Assembly (NCBI GenBank): GCA_000004985.1
Contig: GG738869.1
Direction: 5' to 3' (one strand)
DNA from: Naegleria gruberi
Taxonomy: Eukaryota
Length of the DNA stretch: 64,000 nucleotides
This document shows positions 40,567 to 50,968 of this stretch, in pieces. A program made the translations under genes and the position numbers. Positions within the stretch are counted from its first letter, which is position 1. The number at the start of each line of letters is the position of its first letter. The notes under the pieces are model-generated. The model saw only the letters and a program-made list of their open reading frames with translations. It made no database searches and was not told the DNA's origin.

Positions 40567-43197
40567 ATGTCTTACTTCAAGCCTTTGGAAATTAAGAGTA
40601 TTTTGACTAAAAAGACTGACCAATTGGATCTTGTCAGACCATTAACAAAATTTATTTCGATACAATATGGAGAACATATTTTGAAAGATTATGAAACTCC
40701 AATCTCTGCCCTTCAACAACGTAGAAATGAAATGAGAAATTTACAAGAGAAGAGTGAAGGATCAAGGGATTTATGTATTAGGTAAGGTTATTGTTCCGAT
40801 GACAATATTTATTAATATTATTATTATTTCGTGATTAGATATGCTGTTGATATGATGCAAGTTGCTAGCCATTTCCCAATTGATACAGGTGTTCAACGTA
40901 TACAAGTACAATTCTCTTGGTATGACAGTCTTAGTCGTGCTAGAACAACACAAGGAAATTCAAATTTTGAAATTGCAAACGTTTTATTTAATAGTGCTGT
41001 TTTATCTCATCAACTTGGTACATCACAAAATAGAAATTCCGAAGAGGGTTGTTTGGAAGCAGCCAAACACTTCCAAAGTGCTGCCGGAATGTTTACCTAT
41101 ATTCAAAAGAAGGTGTGTCCAAATATTGTAGAAAAACTTAATCAAGATTTAACAAACGAAGCTTTGGAAGCATTAGTTTTAATTTGCTTAGCCAATGCTC
41201 AACAATGTATTTGCGAAAAAGCTCACAAGAAGAATATGAAAGGAGCAATTTTATCAAAGTTATATATGGGTGCTAGTCATAGTTACAAGCTTGCTGCTGA
41301 AGTTATTGATGCCTCCAACACTACAAAGAATCTCTTTGACAAGACATGGAAGTCCTATCTCAGATTTTGTCAACACTACTTTGAAGCTTTGGCATCCTAT
41401 CTTATTGCTTTAGATCTTCATGAGGAAATGTGCATTGGCAAGGAAATTACAAGAATTATCCATGCTCAAAATTGTCTTGTTGATTGTTCCGAGCAAAGAG
41501 TGACTGGTAATTTAAAGCTTGTTATGGATGAATTGGATCAAGTACTCAACAATTTGTTAAAGACTGCTCAACATGAAAATTCAAAGATTTATCACGATCG
41601 TGTTCCTGAATTGAAGGATTTGGAACTTGTTGAAGCCAAGACAATGTCAAAGATTCAAGAAGTTAATGAAATTTCCGATTTATTGAAGGAAAAGATTGCT
41701 GATCCATTCTTTAACCTCTTCCCTATTCCAGTTATGGAAGCCAAGCAAAAGTATGAAGAAAATATCAAGAAGAGAATGAATGAAGTTTTTGTTCAAGCTC
41801 GTCAACATCGTGAATATATTAGAAATGAACTTTCAAAGATGGGACTCCCTGGATCAATTTTGATGGTTGACCAAAAGTCAGGATTCCCAGATGAGGTTCA
41901 CCACAAGATCTCCAAGATCAACTTGGAAGGAGGTATCAATAGATTATTTGAATTGAAGCAAACATTGGATGAAATGTCTGGTGAAACCAAGAATCAACTC
42001 GATTCCATCACTAAAAAGCTCGATGAAGAACAAAAGGAAGATGATGAATGTCGTATGCAATACGGAGCTAACAGATGGCCAAGATTGGAAAGCGCCAAGC
42101 TTACTAGCAATTTGAGAAAGCAAATAACTGACTATCAACAAAAGCTGAAGATTGCCATCAACTCTGATAGTTTGATTGATAAGAAGATTTCTGAAAACTC
42201 TGAAGGATTCAAATGGTTCTCTCTCGATAGTAAGACTTTGAATGACAAGATGCCACAAAGTCTCTCTCAAATCATGGAACCAAGCTCACAATTTGGCAAG
42301 TCATATTCTGACCTCAAGTTATATTTGGCACAACTTGACGATATTCTTGAACAAGAACTTGCCATTGAGTCCAACATTTCCAATTCATTCAAATTACAAG
42401 ATAAGGAGATTGAACTCAAACTTTTAGCTTCTCAAAGTAATTTGGAATCTTCTGTACAACAATTATTACAAGAACAAGAAGCCAAGTTTAAGGAACTTTT
42501 GGTTGATTTCCCACAAAAAGAAAATACCTATCTCCAATCCATTCAAGAAGCAAACAGAACTTTTGAACAACACAAGTCTCAAAATTCTATTCAAAGTCAA
42601 AGAGAACAAATTTTACAATTCATTTACAATGCTATCAACAAGTATAATGAAATTAGTGCCAATTTGCAAGAAGGTATCAATTTTTATACAACAATGCAAG
42701 AAATTACCAAGAAACTTGCTAATCGTATTGATGACTTTGTTTTTGCCAGAAGAACAGAAAAACAAGATATTATGGTCAATATTCAACAACAAATTAGTGG
42801 TGTTACAATTGATCCACAATATAATTATTCCTCTTCACAACAACCAAAACCAGTCCATGGTTCAAACACTCCTGTATATTCATCATCCACTATAACTTCT
42901 CAACCAACAACCACCAATACAACCAGCTCATCGCAATACCAACCTCAATATCAATACCAACCAAACGCTTATCAACAACCACCACAACAATATCAACCAC
43001 AAGTTGCCTACCAACAACAACCTCAATACCAACAAGCACAACCATATATGCAAGGAAGTGGTAGCTTTACTCAACCTCAATTCCAATACGTACAACAACA
43101 ACAACAACAACAACCTTACTACAATCCAAACGCTCAATACCAACAACAACAACAACCTTCGTATCAGAATCCTAATCAACCCCAATACAGAAGATAA
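40567..43197 (+). CDS. BRO1-domain protein (ALIX/Bro1 homolog) with a YQ/P-rich C-terminus. Two exons: 40567..40781 and 40839..43197; intron 40782..40838 with GTAAGG donor and GATTAG acceptor.
   Basis: The splice joins ...SRDLCI(R) to YAVDMMQVASHFPID.... BRO1 features: FSWYDSL, NVLFNSAVLSHQLG, coiled-coil V-domain-like middle. C-terminal QYQPQYQYQPNAYQQPPQQYQ repeats. Confidence 0.8.
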
Positions 43198-43316
43198 ATA
43201 AGCTCGTACCATATTAATATCAATTAAACCCATTAAACCGCACCAGTGTAGTCTCAATTAGCTCAATATTTTAATATCGTAATACATAATTACTAGCAAG
43301 AGAGAATAAATATTTT

Positions 43317-44444
43317 GTGGGTGCCGTGACCATTCCAAGACACGATACAATATCATCTCCTTTTTTCAGATTTCTGTCTCCTTCCAAAAAAGTCTTTGTT
43401 ATTGCACTTGAAGTACCAAGCTACTTTTTTCTAGCTAATTGCTTTTCCATTTACATCACAACAAAAAAACAACATAACATTCTCTTTATGATTGTGCCAA
43501 CCTCACCTCGTTCGCAACCATCATTGATTCTTGGTAAAAGAGGAGAATCCCTCCTCTCCTCCAACTCTGTGCACCAAAACACTGATCACCAAACAAATAA
43601 TGCCTTCAAACAATCCCTTCTTGATAAGAAACATCATTACCTACCACCACAACAACAAGTGTTTTTATGTTATGAGAGAATGCCTTCATCACTGCCTGTT
43701 TTTCAACAATTAGATCAAAATTCAACTTGGCCTACAATAGAAAACAATTCTTGTAATTGTCCTTCACCACCAGCTATTATACCTCCTCCTAAGAATACAT
43801 ATTATAATAACAACCCTAATAGAAACTCATCGATACCAACCACTACAAATAATCATCACCACTCAATAACCAATTGTTATGCTGCCCAGCAAATCCCCTC
43901 TTTTGGTAATATGGTTCACCATATTGTAGAAAAGGGATTTCACCACCACAACCCAAATAACAAACGAACAAGGGATGATAATCAAGATGATGCCAATAGC
44001 ACAGATGATAACCGACAATACCAATCAGATATTGTGCCAATGACCAATACTCAAAAGAGAAAGATTGATAATTCCTCCTCGACACTTAAATCTGAACCAA
44101 CAGGATATCAACCTTTGGAAGATTCTACTCTTCTCTTTTTGATGGATCTTGTATGTAAAGTCGTTGAAAAGAAGGAACCTGTACATTCACCCAATTTCAA
44201 TTTGTCCTCGGATCTGATATCGTGTAGTGTAAGCAGTAATAATAGTCATTGCTCAAGTCCACAAACAACACGATCAGTTAAATCCTCTCCAATACCTATT
44301 GCCAATGATGAGTATTCAAATCATGCTAGTAACAATGATGCTGTATCTCATCAGTCATCATCTTTATCATCTTTACAAGAACAGAACAGAAGCAAAAAGC
44401 CACACCGAACAAGTGTCTTGACAATAAAAGAGTTGTTGAACTAA
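43317..44444 (+). CDS. Hypothetical S/N/P-rich protein
   Basis: 375-aa ORF of low complexity. Possible internal start MIVPTSPRS. Confidence 0.3.
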   Translation: MGAVTIPRHDTISSPFFRFLSPSKKVFVIALEVPSYFFLANCFSIYITTKKQHNILFMIVPTSPRSQPSLILGKRGESLLSSNSVHQNTDHQTNNAFKQSLLDKKHHYLPPQQQVFLCYERMPSSLPVFQQLDQNSTWPTIENNSCNCPSPPAIIPPPKNTYYNNNPNRNSSIPTTTNNHHHSITNCYAAQQIPSFGNMVHHIVEKGFHHHNPNNKRTRDDNQDDANSTDDNRQYQSDIVPMTNTQKRKIDNSSSTLKSEPTGYQPLEDSTLLFLMDLVCKVVEKKEPVHSPNFNLSSDLISCSVSSNNSHCSSPQTTRSVKSSPIPIANDEYSNHASNNDAVSHQSSSLSSLQEQNRSKKPHRTSVLTIKELLN

Positions 44445-44675
44445 GATTCTTAAAACCTTTCTGATAATCTCTTCCATACTCATGTGGTGATGTTTGATAA
44501 CTTTTTCCTAATACTCATAAGAGATTTGTCTCTTTCCAATGTGCTTTAGAACTATTCTTGATTGAGGCTTTTGAATTTTTCCACTGAAAGAAAGAGATTA
44601 TACCTTTGCACTGCACCTTTTTAATATCTCAACTCAATTCATCATCATTTAAAAGAATAAAACAGTAAAATAAAG

Positions 44676-45332
44676 ATGCAACAGCCAGTGATTCTTGAAT
44701 CATTCATGATTTTGAATAGAAAAAAAACCTTCAACTCAATCATGAACGTGAACAATCAACATACTGCAACGACAGCTTCAACTGATGTTGAGCATGACCA
44801 TGAAGAAAGTGAGACAATTTCAGTGATTTCAGTCATTATGCCAAATATCCACGAAGATAACAGTAAAAGAGAATTGGATTACTCGAATACCAAGCACCAA
44901 TATAAGCAATGTGATATGTTTGGAAGAAAACATGACTTTCAGTGTGGGAAGAATGTTGAGCCGAAGTTGCGAAAGTACGAGGTTGAACCTTTTTTTAGTA
45001 CACACAATGATTCGAAATATCAGAAATCATTAAAAAGAATGTCACCAAAGCAAACAACTGGCAAAATCAAGAAGGAGAAACATAGAATGCGCACAAGCAA
45101 AATCACTACGATAGCTTTGAGTCCTGTTGTGGAAAAAGAAGAGAAAGAAAACGAAACATTGAATCAAGAGGATACTCCTCAACCAGAACAAACTAATCTC
45201 AATTCAGTTAACAAGGAGAATGAAAAGATGGTAATTGATTCCACCACAAGTTTTGATGTTTTCATGATCATGTTTCTAGTTGGATTATATACAAGCAGAA
45301 AATATGGACAAAAACACAACTCTAATTCATAA
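44676..45332 (+). CDS. Hypothetical protein with a hydrophobic C-terminal segment (possible tail anchor)
   Basis: 218-aa ORF; C-terminal FDVFMIMFLVGLYTS. Confidence 0.3.
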   Translation: MQQPVILESFMILNRKKTFNSIMNVNNQHTATTASTDVEHDHEESETISVISVIMPNIHEDNSKRELDYSNTKHQYKQCDMFGRKHDFQCGKNVEPKLRKYEVEPFFSTHNDSKYQKSLKRMSPKQTTGKIKKEKHRMRTSKITTIALSPVVEKEEKENETLNQEDTPQPEQTNLNSVNKENEKMVIDSTTSFDVFMIMFLVGLYTSRKYGQKHNSNS

Positions 45333-45420
45333 CAACTTGCAATAATAAACAACACACTGATTAATAGATTAGTATAATATTTCTTTTTATTTCGAAGAAA
45401 TGGAATTATTGGAATCTGGG

Positions 45421-46723
45421 CTAAAGGTTAAAATCGAATTGTTCCTTATTGCATTCATTGCAAGTTGGAGTTTCAGGAACACCTTTCAAATTCGAAACAA
45501 AATGACTAATCAAAGCTGCATACCACATTACTGCACGATTATTAACCTGTTGAAGACAACTCAATGCAATATAAGGACAATACTTTTTACGTGGAAAGAT
45601 AATATGCTTGGGTTGTACCTTTATATTGTCGGTTTGATCTAGTTTCATTCCAACAATAATCACTTCACATTCAGGTTCCACTCGTTTGATAGCTCTGAAC
45701 CAATTTGGCGTATTTTTATAAGTGATTCTACTCGTAAGATCAAAGCTAATGATACACGCTGAAGCATTTACATAATAGGCATCTCTGAGTGCACCAAATT
45801 TTTCAGGACCAGCTGTTTGGAGTTAAATCTTCTCATTTCAAATCGAATGAAAACTTACCTGTATCCCATAAATTGAGATTTGTTTCCAAATTGCCAATTT
45901 TCAATTGGTACGAATTGACTTCACATCCCATAGTTACTAGATATCGTTTATCAAACTGAAAATCATCATTCATTGATCTGCAAAATGTAGTTTTTCCAAC
46001 TAGAAATTATTAGATTGTGAAATATTTCACAAATTACAACTTACCTCCACCATCTCCAATAATCAAAATCTTTTTCGTTTCAGTATTGTTGTTTAAAGTT
46101 GATGAAGAGTCAACCAATTGATCCTTATGTTGAAATAAGGAAGAAACTATGGAAATTTGCTTGTTAGTTGATTCACTTGCATTCACACTTGGTAATTTCC
46201 TATAGAAATGTGAAAAGTAAAAGTTGAACAGTTCCAATCTCGATTGAAATAATTCCATTAAACGTTGATTCTCAATTGTGGAACCCTCATTCATTGATTT
46301 AGTATCATCAACAACTATATTTTCCTGATTATTGGAATTTCTTGATACTTGATTCTTCTTTAAAATTCCCTCTCTTGTCAATGAATTTTCATACTTTACA
46401 ATAAATTTCAATAATTCATCTCTAATAATATATCGAACTTGTCTAATTGAAAAATTATCAATCAAATGGACTTGTTTAATTTCCTCCCCTTGATCATCAT
46501 CCATTTTCTTCACCTCTCCGAATCTTCTTTTCAAATATTCATTCGCCAATTCATATCGAAAAACCTTACAAACTCTTCCCACTGAAAAAATCATATCAAG
46601 AACATCAAAATATTCGCAGATTTGATAGAGCCAAATCTCTTTCGGAAGATTGATTGCCACTGTGGCAAGAATGTTTGATTCTTCTTCTTCTTGTTGTTCC
46701 ATTTTATTTTGTTTTGAGATCAA
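45421..46723 (-). CDS. F-box-like domain fused to a divergent Ran-like small GTPase, about 403 aa. Three minus-strand exons: 46723..46045, 45999..45859 and 45812..45421; introns 46000..46044 (45 nt) and 45813..45858 (46 nt), both with GTAAGT donors and YAG acceptors.
   Basis: N-terminal LPKEIWLYQICEYFDVLDMIFSVGRVCKVFRYEL (F-box-like). The GTPase is reconstructed across the introns: KILIIGDGGVGKTTFCRSMNDDFQFDKRYLVTMGCEVNSYQLKIGNLETNLNLWDTAGPEKFGALRDAYYVNASACIISFDLTSRITYKNTPNWFRAIKRV...IIVGMKLDQ. This is collinear with Ran (GDGGTGKTT...WDTAGQEKFGGLRDGYYI...DVTSRVTYKNVPNWHRDL...CGNKVD), but with G3 Q to P and G4 NKxD to MKLD. Confidence 0.7.
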
Positions 46724-47015
46724 AGAGTTTTTGAAGAAAATGGAATTTTAATGGAAAGATTAGAAATTCCCGCCAAGAGAATTCAAACGATGAAGGATCG
46801 TGGGTTCGAGACCCATTGGTGGTATCAAATTTTTAGTAACTAATAATTAATTATATCAAAATTAATGAAACAATTTGCAATACTTATTCCAATATTGGAA
46901 TCAATGTATTGAATATATTTCAATATCTTTTTACAAAGACCTATGAGGTCAGTTGAATATTATCTTTCGAATGTCTCTCTCAATGATTATGATAACTAAA
47001 ATTCATCCAAAAAAA

Positions 47016-47918
47016 ATGTCAAAAGTCATCTTCTTGATTTTACTCTTGTGTTTCATCGGTGTCATTAACGCTTCTGGTTCTATTTTCAACCCAACCGATG
47101 CAGAAATTGATCAAATTATCGAAATGTCAGACTCTGAATTTTCTTCTGGCACCAAATTCGCATCCCTCACAACTTTAAATGTTCGTGAAGGTCCTTGCAC
47201 TGATAAGAAAATTGTTACCACACTCGGATCTGATGTTGTTGTTACCTATACTGGTAAATCCATCACTGCCTGTGGTCATACTTGGTTCTCAGTTTCTGGA
47301 ACTTTTGGACAAGGTTATGCCTCATCAACCTATTTGAGACAAGTTGTTAATCCTGGAGCTGGATCTGCTTTTAGAAATTCTGCTGCTCAATGGGCTGCTT
47401 CAAAGGCTGGAAGTTGTTATTCACAAGCCAATAGATATGGAAATCCATGTTATGATTGTTCTAGTTTGGTAGGTTGTTGTGGAGGTTGAATGGTGATTGG
47501 TGGAATAATCTAATTTTTTTATTGATTGATTGATATATTTGAATGTTTCTTGCGCCTATATTAGGTTCATCTTGCTTATAAACAATCTGGTAAGCCTAAT
47601 GTTCCACTCACTACCAGATTGTATCCTAATAGTGCTGTTAAGGAAATTAGTAAGAATGAAATTGCTGCTGGTGATATTTTGTGGAGAGAAGTAAGTAGTA
47701 AGAGTGAAAACAATTGTTCTGAACTCTAGCTCAATTATTATTAATATTAATATTTATATATTTATATTGAATGAAAATTGAAATTTTTGATTAATTAGGG
47801 ACATGTTGGCATGTATCTTGGCAATGGACAAGTGGTTAATGCTGAAAATGAAAAGAATGGTGTTAAAATCAGAACTTTTGCCAATTTCAGATATACCAAG
47901 ATTTATAGAGTTCTTTAA
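47016..47918 (+). CDS. Secreted bacterial-type cell-wall hydrolase: signal peptide + SH3b-like domain + NlpC/P60 cysteine peptidase. Three exons: 47016..47468, 47565..47690 and 47799..47918; introns 96 and 108 nt with GTAGGT/GTAAGT donors and TATTAG/AATTAG acceptors.
   Basis: Signal peptide MSKVIFLILLLCFIGVINASG. SH3b-like TLNVREGPCTDKKIVTTLGSDVVVTYTG...WFSVS. NlpC/P60 blocks AAQWAASKAGSCYSQANRYGNPCYDCSSLVHLAYKQSG (catalytic Cys in DCSxLV), GDILWREGHVGMYLGNGQVVNA (catalytic His). All splice junctions are in frame. Confidence 0.8.
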
Positions 47919-48030
47919 ATAAAAACTCAATTTATCTACCAAAAGAGAGAACTAAATTCTTATTCTCGGCCTGTTTGAAAAGCTGATGATAATGAGGCTG
48001 TTATACAGCAAAATTTTACTTATATGTGAA

Positions 48031-48111
48031 GCAGGGGTTCCCGAGTGGTCAAAGGGGGTAGACTCAAGTTCTACTGCGCAAGCTTCGTGGGTTCAAATCC
48101 CACCTTCTGCA
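48031..48111 (+). tRNA. tRNA-Leu (anticodon CAA), class II with a long variable arm
   Basis: Acceptor stem GCAGGGG/CTTCTGC (two G-U pairs) plus discriminator A. D-region CCCGAGTGGTCAAAGGGGG. Anticodon stem GTAGA/TCTAC with loop CTCAAGT. Long variable arm. T-arm GTGGG-TTCAAAT-CCCAC. Confidence 0.85.
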
Positions 48112-49324
48112 AATTTTGTATTTTTCTCCTTCAACTTTTTGCCCTCATCTCCTTTTAATATATCACTATCTTCAATATCATGTATAGTATCTACTCTGAA
48201 AATATTGTCTAATGATATAAAGTAGTCACCAAGAAATTCAACAATGATTACAAGCACCTCAAAATCCGTTCAATTAATGCAAATGAAACTTTACAACGAT
48301 TGTAAAACATTCACAATTAGGAATGATAAAATCCAAAACTAATTCAACTGTTCGTTCAATAATTATTTCACCCTTTTGGAATTCGACAAACTGTTTGAGT
48401 TCATTGTATTTCCAATACTTTATACAATCGACAACTTTCTATCGGAATCTCACAACACATGAATGTATACAACATTAGTGAATTATCCAATTCCAAGCCC
48501 ATTCACAAAATGAGAAAGAAAATTCAAATTAGCATTTAGAAGATTCACTTTTTTTAATTAATTGCTCTGAAAAGTCTTTTGGAAACTATTCGAAATTCCA
48601 AAATGTCGTATCAAGTTCAATAATTTGTCATCAAACAAGGATCCAAAATTAACACTTCAGGAATAAAACGAGTCTCTTCCGGAATATCAATGATATTCAT
48701 CCCAGATTTCTATTCGAAAGGCTCTTTAATAACTCGTTACAAAATAGTATCTGAAAAATATTCATGTGTTAACAGAACACCATAAAAAGAGATGATCCAT
48801 GAAATACAAAACATAATGAAAGCACTCTAATGTTGAATTATTGTTGAATTGTACACCTTTCGAATAGTATCAAACCTTTCGTCTACCATCTTGTTCACTT
48901 TTAAAAACACAGTAGACGAAACATGGATTACAACAATATAAGGATTCTGTTCAAAACATGGGTTTAGCATACTTTAATGGATTAAAAAACTCAACACCTT
49001 CCATCATTCCAACACTTTCCATTCAAATTAGTCAAGAATCCACTTTATTTATTCTAATCTTCCAATTTCAAGTAACATGTAACCATTCATTCCTTAAAAT
49101 TCAACACTTTCCAACTTCCTAATCCAGATTCATCTTTCCAAACCGAGTCACCGAGCGAATTGGTAATATGAACGGTTCTTGGGATTTGATTGTCAATTTA
49201 AATTAAAGAATACAAAAACAATCAGAGGTTTCTAAATGAAAATATGCAAAACGTTTGTTGCTAGCAAGAAGTATTTAATCGGATATCAGATTGTTGTTTT
49301 CACTTTCAAAAAAAAAATAACAAA

Positions 49325-50007
49325 ATGACAAGTGGCATGTTAATGACTATTAGTTCGAGTGTAGCTTCTCCAAAGAGGACAAGTGAAAGAAGATTACCGA
49401 ATGGATCTTTGAAGAAAAGTGAAGAACTTTCTCTTGATTCATCTTCAAGTAATTCGAATAGCTCCAATTCGAAAGGAATTTCAAAGAAGAGAAAGACTAG
49501 ATGTTGCAGAACTTTAGATAAAGAAGAAATAATCAAATACTTTTCAGTGAAAGAAGAAGAAGCAGCACAATTATTGAACGTTTCCAAGTCAAAACTCAAA
49601 AGAATTAAAAAAGGTAAGTTGATTTAATTTTTACAAATATAGAAAGTAACTATTATCATTCTGCAGAGATGGGTATTTCACGATGGCCATACAGAAGACT
49701 TGAAGCTCTCAAACAAGAACTCCACGACATTGAAGAAAGAATCAAAAATGTCAACATTCAATCCATCAAACCAACTTATTCGACATCTACTCAATTTTCC
49801 TCCTCCCCAATTTCATCATCTCAGCAACACCAACACCAACACCAACATCAGCAACTTTCCTTACAATTAGAAGAATCGATATTGAAGGGTTCTATCGAAC
49901 TCATTCATCACATCCCAAATATTATTGTAAAACATAGCAATGAACATATTAAGGAAATTGCTAGAAAAACCCAAAGAATTTCCCTCTCTAATTTGCTCAA
50001 CCTGTAA
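49325..50007 (+). CDS. RWP-RK domain transcription factor, about 209 aa. Two exons: 49325..49613 and 49667..50007; intron 53 nt with GTAAGT donor and CTGCAG acceptor.
   Basis: The splice creates ...EEIIKYFSVKEEEAAQLLNVSKSKLKRIKKG-EMGISRWPYRRLEALKQEL. The RWPxRR core spans the exon junction. Downstream is a His/Gln repeat (QQHQHQHQHQQ). Confidence 0.7.
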
Positions 50008-50968
50008 TTCTACCATTCCTCTGATTCATCCCATTTCATTATTTCTACCCATTCCCATATTAATAAATTTAAATAGTTCGAGTTTACTGAAAATCTCTCT
50101 GAAAATGCGCCAATTTTGCGATCTACATAATTTACAGTGGACAGTTCATGGTTTTTATTAGGAAGTCAAGATTCTGATTGGGTGAAGAGTTTCCTAATTC
50201 TTTCTATTCAGAGTTCTAGATAAAAACCTTATAAACATTCAGAAACCTTATTATTCAGTATGTATCGAATTAAACTTGTTGAATTTACACTGTCTATGAG
50301 GCAATGATTCTACTCTTCCTCGTACTCTGTGAAAGGTTTGTCCACGTGTCTACTGCTGGATATTCAACTTGTTTCATTACAATCAATGAAGTATTGAAAC
50401 GTGTTGATTAGTGTGGAATTGAAAATGGCCACAAATGTCCAATTTTGAATTGGCTTTTGATTTTGATAAAAAACTCTTTAGAATTGGAAAGTAATCGACA
50501 ATAGAAGACCTGAATTGACTTCTATTGATAGAAAATCCACAAAGACTAGATCTTCCCATATATGAAAACGTGCACGATTGCGTGTTATCTAAAATTGTTG
50601 AGTAAACCGAAGTAAGATTCGAAGAACGTCGTAACATTGGAAACTGTAGTTTTACAATGAAATCATTAAAAATCATTTGCACCATTTTGATCTACAGTAA
50701 AGAGTTAATTTAATTTGTTGAATTGTTCAAAAAACTGATGGACATGACAATTGAAACAAGAAAATAGTCCAGTAGCAAAAAATGTCATCCATTCATCACA
50801 AAGACACACCCACATTCTCTCAAGCAACTAGCCAATCAACCACCTCATCAAGTTGGCGAGAAGGAAATTGCAGCCCATCAAAATTCCATTAGCAAGGAAC
50901 GTCAAATTATCAAGGAAAGTATACGAAATTACAACAGTGGCAATGATCGAGATGACAAGAGATTACCA

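Noticed and set aside
47986-48225. 79-aa plus-strand ORF
   Set aside because: It overlaps the tRNA-Leu(CAA) gene at 48031..48111. It has no ATG (the track start is not an ATG) and its translation is low complexity.
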